Shown here piece by piece: positions 24,387-33,975 of a stretch of 64,000 nt of DNA (position 1 is its first letter; every line of letters starts with the position of its first letter). Below the pieces are notes generated by a model. That model made no database searches and was not told the origin of the DNA. It saw nothing but the letters and a program-made list of their open reading frames with translations. This DNA is from a virus (Duplodnaviria > Heunggongvirae > Uroviricota > Caudoviricetes), in the IMG/VR virus record IMGVR_UViG_3300024270_000010. The stretch is one strand, 5' to 3'. The translations under genes and the position numbers were made by a program.

Positions 24387-27300
24387 ATGGTAGATCAAAA
24401 AAATGTTTTACAATCTATTGGCGCCCGTGAGACCGGCAATGTTTTTAGACCTGTAAATTGTACTGAGCAAGACATGAAGAGAAAACGTGCTATTCCAGGC
24501 TACTTATACTTCACACAAGATTCTCATAAGATTTATCAAGGCTTAGGCTCTGGTGAATACCAGATGGTCGGCGGCAGTTCTAGTATTTTCTACGGCAAAT
24601 ATCCTATGACCGATGATGAAAAATACGGAACTAATGTTTTCTTTACTTTCTCTATGACTGAACATATTGAAGGAGAAAATGTTCCTGCCTTAGATTCTTT
24701 GATTTTGAATATACCTGATGGCGGTTTTTACAGAGTATTAAATGTTGATGGTGACGCCATTGCTGTAGAAAGACTGGCTATGTCTGGCGGCGGTGGAGAT
24801 AACACTGGTCCTGGCTCTAATCAAAAAGGTAATATTACTATTGAATATTACAATGGCGCTGACGTTGATACTAATATCACTATCTTAAATGGTGTTGAGC
24901 ATTGGATTGAGTTTACTATTACTGCAACTGATGAAGTTGGAGATATCTTAACTGAAACTGGTACCGCAAGTTGGGCTATTAATGGTAAGACTTATACTCA
25001 ATCTGTAACTACTGGCTATAATAAATTCAGAGTTGATGAACTTTTACCCATGGCAAAAGATGGTAACTATACTCGTATTAACTTGATGGTCTATATGAAT
25101 ACTGGCGGTATCACTGATAACTATGCTAGTAAGCAATGGAATATCCAAAAAGTTGATTTGCGTTTAGAGTGGCCTTTCACTTATTCTGAAGATGAATATC
25201 GTAAAGATTCAACCTTTACTTTAGTATTCAAACCTTTTGGTGGTATTAATTGTACCGCTCATATTACTTTTGACAATGGTTCTACTCTAGGACAAGATTA
25301 CTTCGAGGAAGATATTCCTGCTAATCGCGCAAACGGTAATGAATTTACTACTCAAGCAATGAAGAGTCTGTCTTATGGTGAGCATACTTGTTCTATTTAT
25401 TTGGATGCCACTATCAATGAAGATACTGGAAAGCCAATTACTGTTAGAACACAAGAAATTGTTCATAGAATCACTTTCACCGAAGGTGGTACTTCTACAA
25501 TTTTAACCGTCCCATTTGATCAAAAGACTGCTACTCAATATGACACTATTGAGATTCCATTCTTAGTTTATGACCCAGATACAACTGAATGTAGTGTTAC
25601 TTTCTCTGTTAATGATAACGTAATTTCTACTCGTAGCTACAACAGAGATAAGCAATCTATTCCTTACACAATTACCACTCATGGTACTATTAAGTTAGCT
25701 TTAGAGTCTACTAATGGTGATACTAAGAGAGAATTCAATATCACTGTTGAACCTTTGGATTTGAACAGAGAAGAAGTTAGTGGTGCAGCTTTTAGCTTAA
25801 AAGCAATTAATTTCTCTGGTAATGATGAAGTTATTAACTGGGTTGGCGGTAGTGAAACTAAGCCTGTAAGATTGAACTTCTCTGATAATTTTGACTGGCG
25901 TAATGGCGGTCTAAAATATGAAGTTCTTGCAGATGGAAGCATTGAAAAGTTTATCTGTGTGCGCCAGGGTACTTGGATGGAAATTGACTATAAGTTATTT
26001 GAAAATTTCAAAACTGGTACTACCGGTGGTAAGAACTTTAAGTTCTGCTTCAAGGCAGCCAACTGTTATGATTATGAAGCTCCAGTTTTAAGCTGTATCC
26101 ATTATAATTATAACGAAATTGAATTGACTGAAGATACTTATAGAACTAATAAGTATTATATCCTTTCTGGCTCTGATTATATTATTTCTAGAAATCCATT
26201 TGATGAAACTGCTACTTATTTTGAGAAAGTAAGAGTCGCTGAAATTGGTCTAGAATTTGATGCTCAGAAAGCAACTTTCTCTTCTGCTACTTATCCTAAT
26301 TTCGCAACTCAGTATTGTGAAAACTCTTATATTGAAGTTGAAACTGAAATTTGGCCCAATGTAGGAGATAGACAGCAAGGTAGTAAAACCGTTTATGGTG
26401 ATCGCTACTTAATGATTTGGGTTGATGGTGTTCCTGCAGGTGCTAAGCCTTACAGCCAAAACATGGCTTTACAGCAAAATGATGCTCAAACCATTCGCAT
26501 TGGTTCTGATTCTTGTGACGTCTATGTATATACCGCAAAAGCATATGAACGTAGATTAACAAATGATGAACATTTAAATAACTTCGTTATGGATGCTCCT
26601 AGCGTTAATAAGATGCTAGAGCGCCATCGCCGCAATGATATTATTGACTCCAGTACCGGCGAAATTTCTTATGAGCTTTTGGTGCAGAAAAATCCTGGAT
26701 GCCATGCTTATTTGTATGATATTCCAGAATTAACTACTAATAAAGAAGATAAGATTGATGGCTGTACTTATTATGAGTTGATTAATGAATATGATAATTT
26801 AGGTAAGCCATTTATGAGAGCAGATAAAGTTAGAACTTATGTTCAGGGCACTTCTTCTGCCGCTTATGGTGTTGCCGCATTTAACTTACGTTCTGATTTT
26901 ACTAAAAAAGGTAAAATTTATGATAAGAATGGTAATGAAATCCCTGGATGGAGACCTTCTGATGAAGATGAATATATTGACATTGCTTGTACTAAAGTTA
27001 ATGTTGCTTCTTGTGAAAATGCCAATAACGTTGTAAACGCAGAATGGTATAACAGATTCCAGCCTTACTGGGATGCTCACAGAAGAAAAGGTACTCGTTA
27101 TGACAGTGATGGTAATTTATTATACAATCCTATGCGTGACTGTATGAAATTCCACTCTGGCGTTGTCTTCTTGAGAGACCACAATACACAATTCAAATAT
27201 TTAGATGACAATGGAGATCCTAAGAGTGAAATCTATTTGGAGTCCAATGCATTTATCAACCCAACTAACCCTGATTGGGAAGCAAAATATGCCGCAGAAC

Positions 27301-30300
27301 CTTATTTTAAGATGTATTCTATCGGCAATATGGGTAATGATAAGAAGAATTTGAATGTTTTCCATGATACTACCAATCCACGTGCGGCCTGTGTCGAAGT
27401 TCTAGATAACCAGAACGCAGAACACTGGATGACTATTTTCAATGAAAAAGCTTTTGAAAAAGAAGTTGTAGGTCAGGACGAAGAAGGTAAAGATATTACC
27501 AAGGGTCCATACTATGAGTTCCGTTATGGTCTTGTAGAAAATGAAGACTTGTTAGAAAATGAGCAGGGCATTACCGTAGAACAACAAGAACAAGATTTCT
27601 TGAGACTGGCTGAATGGTTCGCAATGAATGATCCAAGTCCATATGATGAGTTGTCTCACCCCAATGGATATACTGGTGAAGAATTGCCTGAACCTGTAAC
27701 CTTTACTGATGATTTTGTGTTTGAAGGCTTCGATCCTCCTGGATACGAAGGCCAGCCAAATCCAACTGAAATTAGTCTAAAGGGTCAGAAAATTAGTCGT
27801 TACAAAGGTACTTATACCCACGACACTAAAGATTATCGTATCGCTAAAATGTTGTATGAATGTGAAGATTACTTGGTTATGGATTCTGTTGTATTCCATT
27901 ATTTGTATATCTCTCGTCACACCATGGTTGATAACGTTGCTAAGAACACTTTCTGGAGCACCGAAGATGGATTCCACTGGGATCTAACTAAAAACTACGA
28001 TAATGATACTTCTGATGGTAATGATAATACTGGTAACTTGACTTATACATATGGTCTAGAAGTCGGTGATATTAACCCCAATGGTAAAGATGTTTTCAAT
28101 GCTTCTCCTTCCGTATGGTTGAATTTCATTCATGAATTAAGAGAGGCTCAGCAATATCTATTCCAGGAGTTGAGTAAGAAGGGTGCTTGGGATGCTGATG
28201 ATTATCTAGCTGAATTTAAGGCTCACCAAGATATTATTCCCGAAATTTGCTGGATTCAGGACTATGAAAGAAAATATATTCGTCCTAGACGCTTAGGTCT
28301 TGATGAAACTACTTTCTTAAGTCGTCTAGAGGGTGGTCGTAAGACTCACCAGAGAAAGCAATATGAAACTTATCAAGAGTTCTATCTGAACTCTAAATAT
28401 GTTGCAAGTACTGCTTTCACAGACAGTGCTGGTATCGAATTCCGTTTCAATAAAGACGGTGATTTCGCATTGCAACCAACTGACGTTCTTCCCATGACTT
28501 TCTATATTGATTGTTATGGCACTATCCACTTAGGTGGTCAGAAGAGAACTTCTACTCGTATTAAGAGAGGTAATTATTATAATGCCCCTGTCGGTGAATT
28601 GATTTCTGCCGCAAGCGATGCTACTTGCTATATTTATGGTGCAAGTATGATTCAAACAATTAAAGACTTGTATAAGTTGTATCCTGGTTATGCCAAGATG
28701 ACTAATGCAAGTAAATTGCGTGAATTTGAAATCGGTTCTGATATAGAAGGTTATTATAACCCTCGTTTGAGCGAAGTTAGCGTTGGTACTAACGCAATGT
28801 TACAAAAATTCCAGGCTAGAAATGTCGGTAACCCCGAGAATATTTCTATCCTAAGCTTAACTAACGCAACTCAGCTAGAAACTGTTCTAATGAGTGGTAG
28901 TGCTTTCAAAGAATTGTCTTTGGCTCCTAACGCAACTACCAAAGAACTTGAATTAAACCCATTAGCAATCTTCTCTGCAACAAATCTTCTTGATTTGGAA
29001 ACTGTTAGATTGGATGATGGAATTTATGATTCAATTCAGCAGGCTTACATTAATAACTGCCCTGGCTTAGATGTTTACACTTATCGCTTCGCAAAAGCTC
29101 CTTCTTTAACTAACTATCAATTTACCGATGTAAATTGGGTTATTAATGATGAGACTGAAGATGATTTCGTCTTAGATGCCGATAATAATGTTGTAGCCTT
29201 TGCCGCTCTTGAAAACTTAACTGATAATAATACTGGTCCTAGACTTGGTACTACTACTGTTACTGCTTTAAGCGGTACATTAACAGTTGATAAGGCTTGC
29301 GCTATTGATGAATATAAGATTTACAAAACTTATGCAAAAACTTATCCAAACTTGATTTTCAAGTACACTGATAAAGTTGGTGCTAATTTCAACCCCGCAG
29401 TTGAATTAATTTTCTTAACCAATGAAAATTCTGAGGAACAATATTACAGAGTATTGGGTAGCGGTGATACCTCTGGAGAAAATGCTCACAGTATTGCTTA
29501 TCTAACTTCCGCACAAGGTCCTTTAGGTTTTGCTATTGGTACTCCTCACAAGGAATCTACTTCTTCTCATGATTTTGCATTTACTGGCTATTGGATTCAT
29601 AAAAAGGATAATGTAATTACTAAGTATTACAATACAAAAGATTTGCCAGATGGAGCAGTTCCAGAAGCATCTGCAATCTCCTTTGAAGATATTACTCCAA
29701 CTGAAAGTATGACATTCTATCCAGAGTATATTACTACTGATAGAGAGTACAAAGTTCGCTTCTGCGACTGGGCTGGTAATATTATCTTACAGAATGGTGA
29801 AGAGTATTGGCCTGTTCCTTATGGTAAGACTTACGTCGAGGCCGCAGGTCCAATGACTAATTTCCACTATCGTGATAATACAGGTCTACAAGATCATATG
29901 AGATGGGCATTCCAAGGTTGGTCTAAGAACCAATACAAGGATAAGGAAATTAAGAATCCTGTTTATGAAGATTTGGCAACAATGGTAGTTACTAATGATG
30001 TGACTTTACATGGTCACTATTTAACTGAAGACTGCCGTGATGTCGCTTCTAAATTGGAATATTTCAATTTCAGCGAGCGTGGTAAGATCTCAATCGCTGA
30101 GGAATATCGTGAAACTTTACAAGGTAAAATTACTTTACCTAGTGAATATGATGGTATCCCTCTAACTCAGGTAAAAGACTTTAAGAATATGGCTCGTGTT
30201 ACTCACGTATTCTTCTTGAGAACCAATACTTCTTATACAAGTATTTTCCAACAAGCCTTCGAAGGAGCTTTAGCTTTGCAATATGTTGATTTGCCTATTG

Positions 30301-30857
30301 GAATTACTCATATCGGAACATATGCTTTCAAGAGTATCAAGAGTTTAACTACTGTTGATATGAAATCTAATGTTGAAGAAATTGGTAGCCAGGCATTCTA
30401 TGAAACCAACATTAACTTAACTTCTTTACCTGCTAAACTAAAACTTCTAAAGTCTGGTGCATTCATGGATTGTCGTGAATTGACTTTGTCTGCTTTACCA
30501 GCTTCTTTAGAGACTATCGAAAGCCACGTATTTTTCTTATGTCCTAAGATTAGTATTAATCAATTGGGTGGCGGTGACGCTAAATTGAGTTATATCGGTA
30601 TGCAAGCTTTTGGCGGCGGTTCTGGCGCTAATGGCACTGTTACTGATATTTACTTCGGCTCAACGGTTAACTTCATTGGTGAAAACGCCTTCAAGGGATA
30701 TGGTAAAAATGGTCGTGTAAGTACTATTAGCTTTGCTAAACAAAGTGTTGAAGATTATCTAATGACTGATACAGCCTACCATACTAGTATTTCTACTATG
30801 GGATTTGATAATCCTCCTTACACTGAAGTTTGGGATTGGAAAGGAGAAGGTTCTTAA
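24387..30857 (+). CDS. Giant multidomain virion protein (2156 aa): anchor/Ig-like, LamG-like, CotH-kinase-like, LRR, InlB B-repeat-like, BspA-type LRR
   Basis: IWVDG...IRIGSDSCDVYVY (LamG-like); QGTSS, MVDNVAKNTFW and YDNDTSDG (CotH-like); FYFTGYW/FQGW Flg_new-like repeats; C-terminal LPxxITHIGTYAF-type LRRs. Confidence 0.65.
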   Translation: MVDQKNVLQSIGARETGNVFRPVNCTEQDMKRKRAIPGYLYFTQDSHKIYQGLGSGEYQMVGGSSSIFYGKYPMTDDEKYGTNVFFTFSMTEHIEGENVPALDSLILNIPDGGFYRVLNVDGDAIAVERLAMSGGGGDNTGPGSNQKGNITIEYYNGADVDTNITILNGVEHWIEFTITATDEVGDILTETGTASWAINGKTYTQSVTTGYNKFRVDELLPMAKDGNYTRINLMVYMNTGGITDNYASKQWNIQKVDLRLEWPFTYSEDEYRKDSTFTLVFKPFGGINCTAHITFDNGSTLGQDYFEEDIPANRANGNEFTTQAMKSLSYGEHTCSIYLDATINEDTGKPITVRTQEIVHRITFTEGGTSTILTVPFDQKTATQYDTIEIPFLVYDPDTTECSVTFSVNDNVISTRSYNRDKQSIPYTITTHGTIKLALESTNGDTKREFNITVEPLDLNREEVSGAAFSLKAINFSGNDEVINWVGGSETKPVRLNFSDNFDWRNGGLKYEVLADGSIEKFICVRQGTWMEIDYKLFENFKTGTTGGKNFKFCFKAANCYDYEAPVLSCIHYNYNEIELTEDTYRTNKYYILSGSDYIISRNPFDETATYFEKVRVAEIGLEFDAQKATFSSATYPNFATQYCENSYIEVETEIWPNVGDRQQGSKTVYGDRYLMIWVDGVPAGAKPYSQNMALQQNDAQTIRIGSDSCDVYVYTAKAYERRLTNDEHLNNFVMDAPSVNKMLERHRRNDIIDSSTGEISYELLVQKNPGCHAYLYDIPELTTNKEDKIDGCTYYELINEYDNLGKPFMRADKVRTYVQGTSSAAYGVAAFNLRSDFTKKGKIYDKNGNEIPGWRPSDEDEYIDIACTKVNVASCENANNVVNAEWYNRFQPYWDAHRRKGTRYDSDGNLLYNPMRDCMKFHSGVVFLRDHNTQFKYLDDNGDPKSEIYLESNAFINPTNPDWEAKYAAEPYFKMYSIGNMGNDKKNLNVFHDTTNPRAACVEVLDNQNAEHWMTIFNEKAFEKEVVGQDEEGKDITKGPYYEFRYGLVENEDLLENEQGITVEQQEQDFLRLAEWFAMNDPSPYDELSHPNGYTGEELPEPVTFTDDFVFEGFDPPGYEGQPNPTEISLKGQKISRYKGTYTHDTKDYRIAKMLYECEDYLVMDSVVFHYLYISRHTMVDNVAKNTFWSTEDGFHWDLTKNYDNDTSDGNDNTGNLTYTYGLEVGDINPNGKDVFNASPSVWLNFIHELREAQQYLFQELSKKGAWDADDYLAEFKAHQDIIPEICWIQDYERKYIRPRRLGLDETTFLSRLEGGRKTHQRKQYETYQEFYLNSKYVASTAFTDSAGIEFRFNKDGDFALQPTDVLPMTFYIDCYGTIHLGGQKRTSTRIKRGNYYNAPVGELISAASDATCYIYGASMIQTIKDLYKLYPGYAKMTNASKLREFEIGSDIEGYYNPRLSEVSVGTNAMLQKFQARNVGNPENISILSLTNATQLETVLMSGSAFKELSLAPNATTKELELNPLAIFSATNLLDLETVRLDDGIYDSIQQAYINNCPGLDVYTYRFAKAPSLTNYQFTDVNWVINDETEDDFVLDADNNVVAFAALENLTDNNTGPRLGTTTVTALSGTLTVDKACAIDEYKIYKTYAKTYPNLIFKYTDKVGANFNPAVELIFLTNENSEEQYYRVLGSGDTSGENAHSIAYLTSAQGPLGFAIGTPHKESTSSHDFAFTGYWIHKKDNVITKYYNTKDLPDGAVPEASAISFEDITPTESMTFYPEYITTDREYKVRFCDWAGNIILQNGEEYWPVPYGKTYVEAAGPMTNFHYRDNTGLQDHMRWAFQGWSKNQYKDKEIKNPVYEDLATMVVTNDVTLHGHYLTEDCRDVASKLEYFNFSERGKISIAEEYRETLQGKITLPSEYDGIPLTQVKDFKNMARVTHVFFLRTNTSYTSIFQQAFEGALALQYVDLPIGITHIGTYAFKSIKSLTTVDMKSNVEEIGSQAFYETNINLTSLPAKLKLLKSGAFMDCRELTLSALPASLETIESHVFFLCPKISINQLGGGDAKLSYIGMQAFGGGSGANGTVTDIYFGSTVNFIGENAFKGYGKNGRVSTISFAKQSVEDYLMTDTAYHTSISTMGFDNPPYTEVWDWKGEGS

Positions 30858-31069
30858 TGACTAAAGATAGAAAATACAGATACCTTGGCCGCAATGGTAT
30901 TTTAGATACTAAGGTCCTTCTAGATGGTATCAATCATATCAATATCGTAACTATCAATGCTGATCCCGGCAAGATTTTAACTAATGGTGAGCGTACTCAG
31001 TACAGCGTCACTGTTGAAGAGGCCGAGGAACATAAGTGGAGAGAAATTACGGACAATACCAAAAAATAA
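30857..31069 (+). CDS. Small hypothetical protein coupled to the giant gene (70 aa)
   Basis: TAATG stop/start overlap at 30855-30859. Confidence 0.6.
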   Translation: MTKDRKYRYLGRNGILDTKVLLDGINHINIVTINADPGKILTNGERTQYSVTVEEAEEHKWREITDNTKK

Positions 31070-31086
31070 GGTTATTTGATTTTTCA
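31051..31086 (+). promoter_or_regulatory. Tripartite motif, copy 3 (candidate late promoter)
   Basis: GGAC-N10-AAT-N13-TTTTCA, partly inside the end of the upstream small gene. Confidence 0.6.
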
Positions 31087-31145
31087 GTTCTAGGGAAGGG
31101 AAATTCCTTCCCTAGAACAATATTATAAAGAAAGGAAGATATAAC

Positions 31146-33158
31146 GTGATTACAGTCTATAATAAAGATTATAAAGACCAATATACCGTTCTATTCCAAG
31201 ACGCATATAACGTTTTATTGGATATGCAGGCTAAAGATCCTCTTGGTGTAAAGATTAATCAGTCTGTTTTGGATAAAGGCAAAATCAGTTCTCTTGAAGA
31301 GTATTTTGCTCATATTGGTTATTTAGCAGATTATCACACTGAAAATATTAGAAATAATCCACCTTCTAATGTTGCATATCAAAACTCTGCTAAGTTCTTG
31401 ATGCTTCCTATGGATGAAAAATACGATGTCAAGTCTGGCTGTTTTTACATTGACCTAAATACTAGAAATATTCAGGTTCCTGATATTTATAGTAAATATG
31501 GTGTTAGTGTTACTGGTGATCAGTTAGCCGAGACTTTGATGTTTAAGGTTCCTCGCTATTTCGATTATACTGACTTGGCTTCTACTGAAATTTATGTTCA
31601 GTGGACTAACCCAGCAGGAGACGAAGGTGCTTCTCGTATTGTCTTAGTTGACTTTGAAGCAGAAGAAGGTTATCTATTATTTGGTTGGCCTTTGACCAGT
31701 AAGGTTACTGTTGAAGGTAAAAATCCTTTGAAGTTCTCTGTTCGTTTCTTCGTAAGAAATGAAGAGAAAGAAATTCAGTACAGCTTAAATACTTTGGCTA
31801 GTTCTGTTATGATTAAGCAAGCTCTATATACTCATTTCAATGCTGACCTAGACATTGATGATCCATCTTTGTTGTTTGCGGCCGCAGTTGAAAATGGCGT
31901 TGACTCCAACATGACTCTACCTCAGATTCCTGTCTTCTTCTATGATTGGAAATTGGGTAATGACGAAGGAAAAGCTTTCTTAAAGAATGATGCAATTAAG
32001 CTATATGCTAGCGGTGCCACTGCTGATGCAGGTCAGTTGTGCTACAAGTGGTATTATACTCCTCGATTCATCGAAAATAATGTCGCTGTAACTAAAGATA
32101 CTGAAGAAGTTTTCAAGGCTTACGCTGATGTAGATACTATCTTCAAGCCCACAAATGATACTGAAAAAGAAGCTGGCAAGACTTATTATGTTGAAGAAAT
32201 CGAAGCTGAAACTGGCAATCAGATTTATACTGTTTTCCTAGGCGATGCTTTTGAAGAGCCAGAAGAGGGAGAAGCTGCTCCTGTTTATTATGAGCAGGTA
32301 AGTGTTTATACCATTTTGGCTGTTGATGATGATGCTGAGGATTTGGGTGCTTCTACTGCGCTAGCACCTAATAAGAGATATTGGCCTCACGTCACCGGTG
32401 AATACAAGCTAACTTTGAACAATCAAGTTGGTAGTAGCAAATCTGCAGAGAGCGTTGATTCTTTGAAGTGCGTAATTCCTTGTGTTGAAAAAGTTGAGTT
32501 CACCGCAGATTTACCTAAGAACAAAGTTCTATCTACTATTGGCGAAGGCGAAGAGACTGTTAGCCAGGCTATTTTAACTGTTACTGTTGATGCAAATGAC
32601 GGTGCTGAAAAGAGCTATGTATGGTATGAAGCTGCTTCTTCTGACGCTGAATATGTTGAAGTTCCCAATGCTTCTAATGCTAGTATGACTGCTACTCAGC
32701 CAGGCTGGTATAAAGTTAAGGCTATCGGTACTTTGAACAGAGAGAGTATGTGGAAAGAAAGTTCTGAATGTAAGGTTACTTATCCTGCTGAAGCTCCTGA
32801 AATCGTCAAGTATCTAGTTGATGGTATCGAGTATCCTATTACAGATGATGACCCAACTTTAGAGAATGTTCCTGGCTTGAATACTCCTATTACCTTCAAG
32901 ATTGAAATTGAAGAAATGAATGAGTTCCAGACTGACGGTGTCACTTACAAGTGGTTCCGCAATACTCCTAACCAGAATGGTACTCCTATTAAGGATTCTG
33001 ATCTAGATATTATTAGTGTAAATGGCAGTGAAATTACTGTTAAGCTATTAGCTAATAATGACTTGCCTGTTAATATTGCCTTCTATTACTGTGAAATCAC
33101 TAATACTCTAGCAGGAGAAGAAAAGAAAACTACTTCTAAGGTATTCCAGATTTCTTAA
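31146..33158 (+). CDS. Baseplate upper (BppU-like) protein with Ig-like domains (670 aa)
   Basis: IDLNTRNI..GDQLAETLMFKVPRYFDYTDL..FGWPLT..FSVRF pattern; C-terminal YxWY Ig repeats. Confidence 0.6.
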   Translation: MITVYNKDYKDQYTVLFQDAYNVLLDMQAKDPLGVKINQSVLDKGKISSLEEYFAHIGYLADYHTENIRNNPPSNVAYQNSAKFLMLPMDEKYDVKSGCFYIDLNTRNIQVPDIYSKYGVSVTGDQLAETLMFKVPRYFDYTDLASTEIYVQWTNPAGDEGASRIVLVDFEAEEGYLLFGWPLTSKVTVEGKNPLKFSVRFFVRNEEKEIQYSLNTLASSVMIKQALYTHFNADLDIDDPSLLFAAAVENGVDSNMTLPQIPVFFYDWKLGNDEGKAFLKNDAIKLYASGATADAGQLCYKWYYTPRFIENNVAVTKDTEEVFKAYADVDTIFKPTNDTEKEAGKTYYVEEIEAETGNQIYTVFLGDAFEEPEEGEAAPVYYEQVSVYTILAVDDDAEDLGASTALAPNKRYWPHVTGEYKLTLNNQVGSSKSAESVDSLKCVIPCVEKVEFTADLPKNKVLSTIGEGEETVSQAILTVTVDANDGAEKSYVWYEAASSDAEYVEVPNASNASMTATQPGWYKVKAIGTLNRESMWKESSECKVTYPAEAPEIVKYLVDGIEYPITDDDPTLENVPGLNTPITFKIEIEEMNEFQTDGVTYKWFRNTPNQNGTPIKDSDLDIISVNGSEITVKLLANNDLPVNIAFYYCEITNTLAGEEKKTTSKVFQIS

Positions 33159-33176
33159 TAAAGGAGGTCAATAATT

Positions 33177-33824
33177 ATGTCACAGTTAAGTCAAACTGCT
33201 ATTGACAAATTATATGAAATCCAAAGAAGTAATCCTCCAAAGATGGCTTCCATTCCATATGCGGAGGATTACATTGAAGTTGATTGGCGTACTCGCTCAA
33301 TTGGAGAACGTGATATCCTAAGCACTGCTCGTGACCATAAATCCGAAAATTTATACTTTATCATGGATAGATATTGGGATTATATGGACTTGTCTACCAC
33401 CACCTGTGTTATTTCTTATAAGACTTATCCCGCAGACCCCCAGAAGCAAGGTGTGACTGGTTTATATGCCGTTCCATATTACGACATTTATACTCATAAA
33501 GCTACTCCTGGCACTTTGGAAAAGGATAAGATGGTTATTCCATGGTGTATTGATGGACGAGTAACTCAAGACGAAGCAGAAGTAGAATATGCCATTCGTT
33601 TTTATCGTGTTGATGCTGATGGAAAGAAAATCCTCTATAATATCAGCACCATGCCAAATGTTGGCAAAGTCCTATATGGACTAAACGTTCAGCCAAACGG
33701 CCTTGAAGACGCCGGAGATCTAGCTGGTGATTATGATATTGCTAGTAGTATGTATGAACATTTTACTGACGAAATCAGAAAATTAAATCAGCAAGATATT
33801 TTTTGGATTGAATTTGTTTCATAA
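33177..33824 (+). CDS. BppU-like paralog (215 aa)
   Basis: VDWRTRSI..DHKSENLYFIMDRYWDYMDL..IPWCI..YAIRFY aligns by eye with the upstream gene. Confidence 0.55.
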   Translation: MSQLSQTAIDKLYEIQRSNPPKMASIPYAEDYIEVDWRTRSIGERDILSTARDHKSENLYFIMDRYWDYMDLSTTTCVISYKTYPADPQKQGVTGLYAVPYYDIYTHKATPGTLEKDKMVIPWCIDGRVTQDEAEVEYAIRFYRVDADGKKILYNISTMPNVGKVLYGLNVQPNGLEDAGDLAGDYDIASSMYEHFTDEIRKLNQQDIFWIEFVS

Positions 33825-33829
33825 CTTTT

Positions 33830-33867
33830 ATGGGTGGAAGTAATTTTTACTTCCACCCATTTTTTTT
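33830..33867 (+). terminator. Rho-independent terminator
   Basis: ATGGGTGGAAGTAA-TTT-TTACTTCCACCCAT followed by a T-run. Confidence 0.9.
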
Positions 33868-33873
33868 GTTATT

Positions 33874-33909
33874 GGCCGAATAAAAATAATATACTAATCT
33901 CTTTTTTTA
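33874..33909 (+). promoter_or_regulatory. Tripartite motif, copy 4 (candidate late promoter)
   Basis: GGCC-N10-AAT-N13-TTTTTA. Confidence 0.55.
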
Positions 33910-33975
33910 TTTATATTAGAAAATAAAAAGAGATACTCTTTTTTTATAAAAATTTTTAGAAAAGGAGGAACATAT

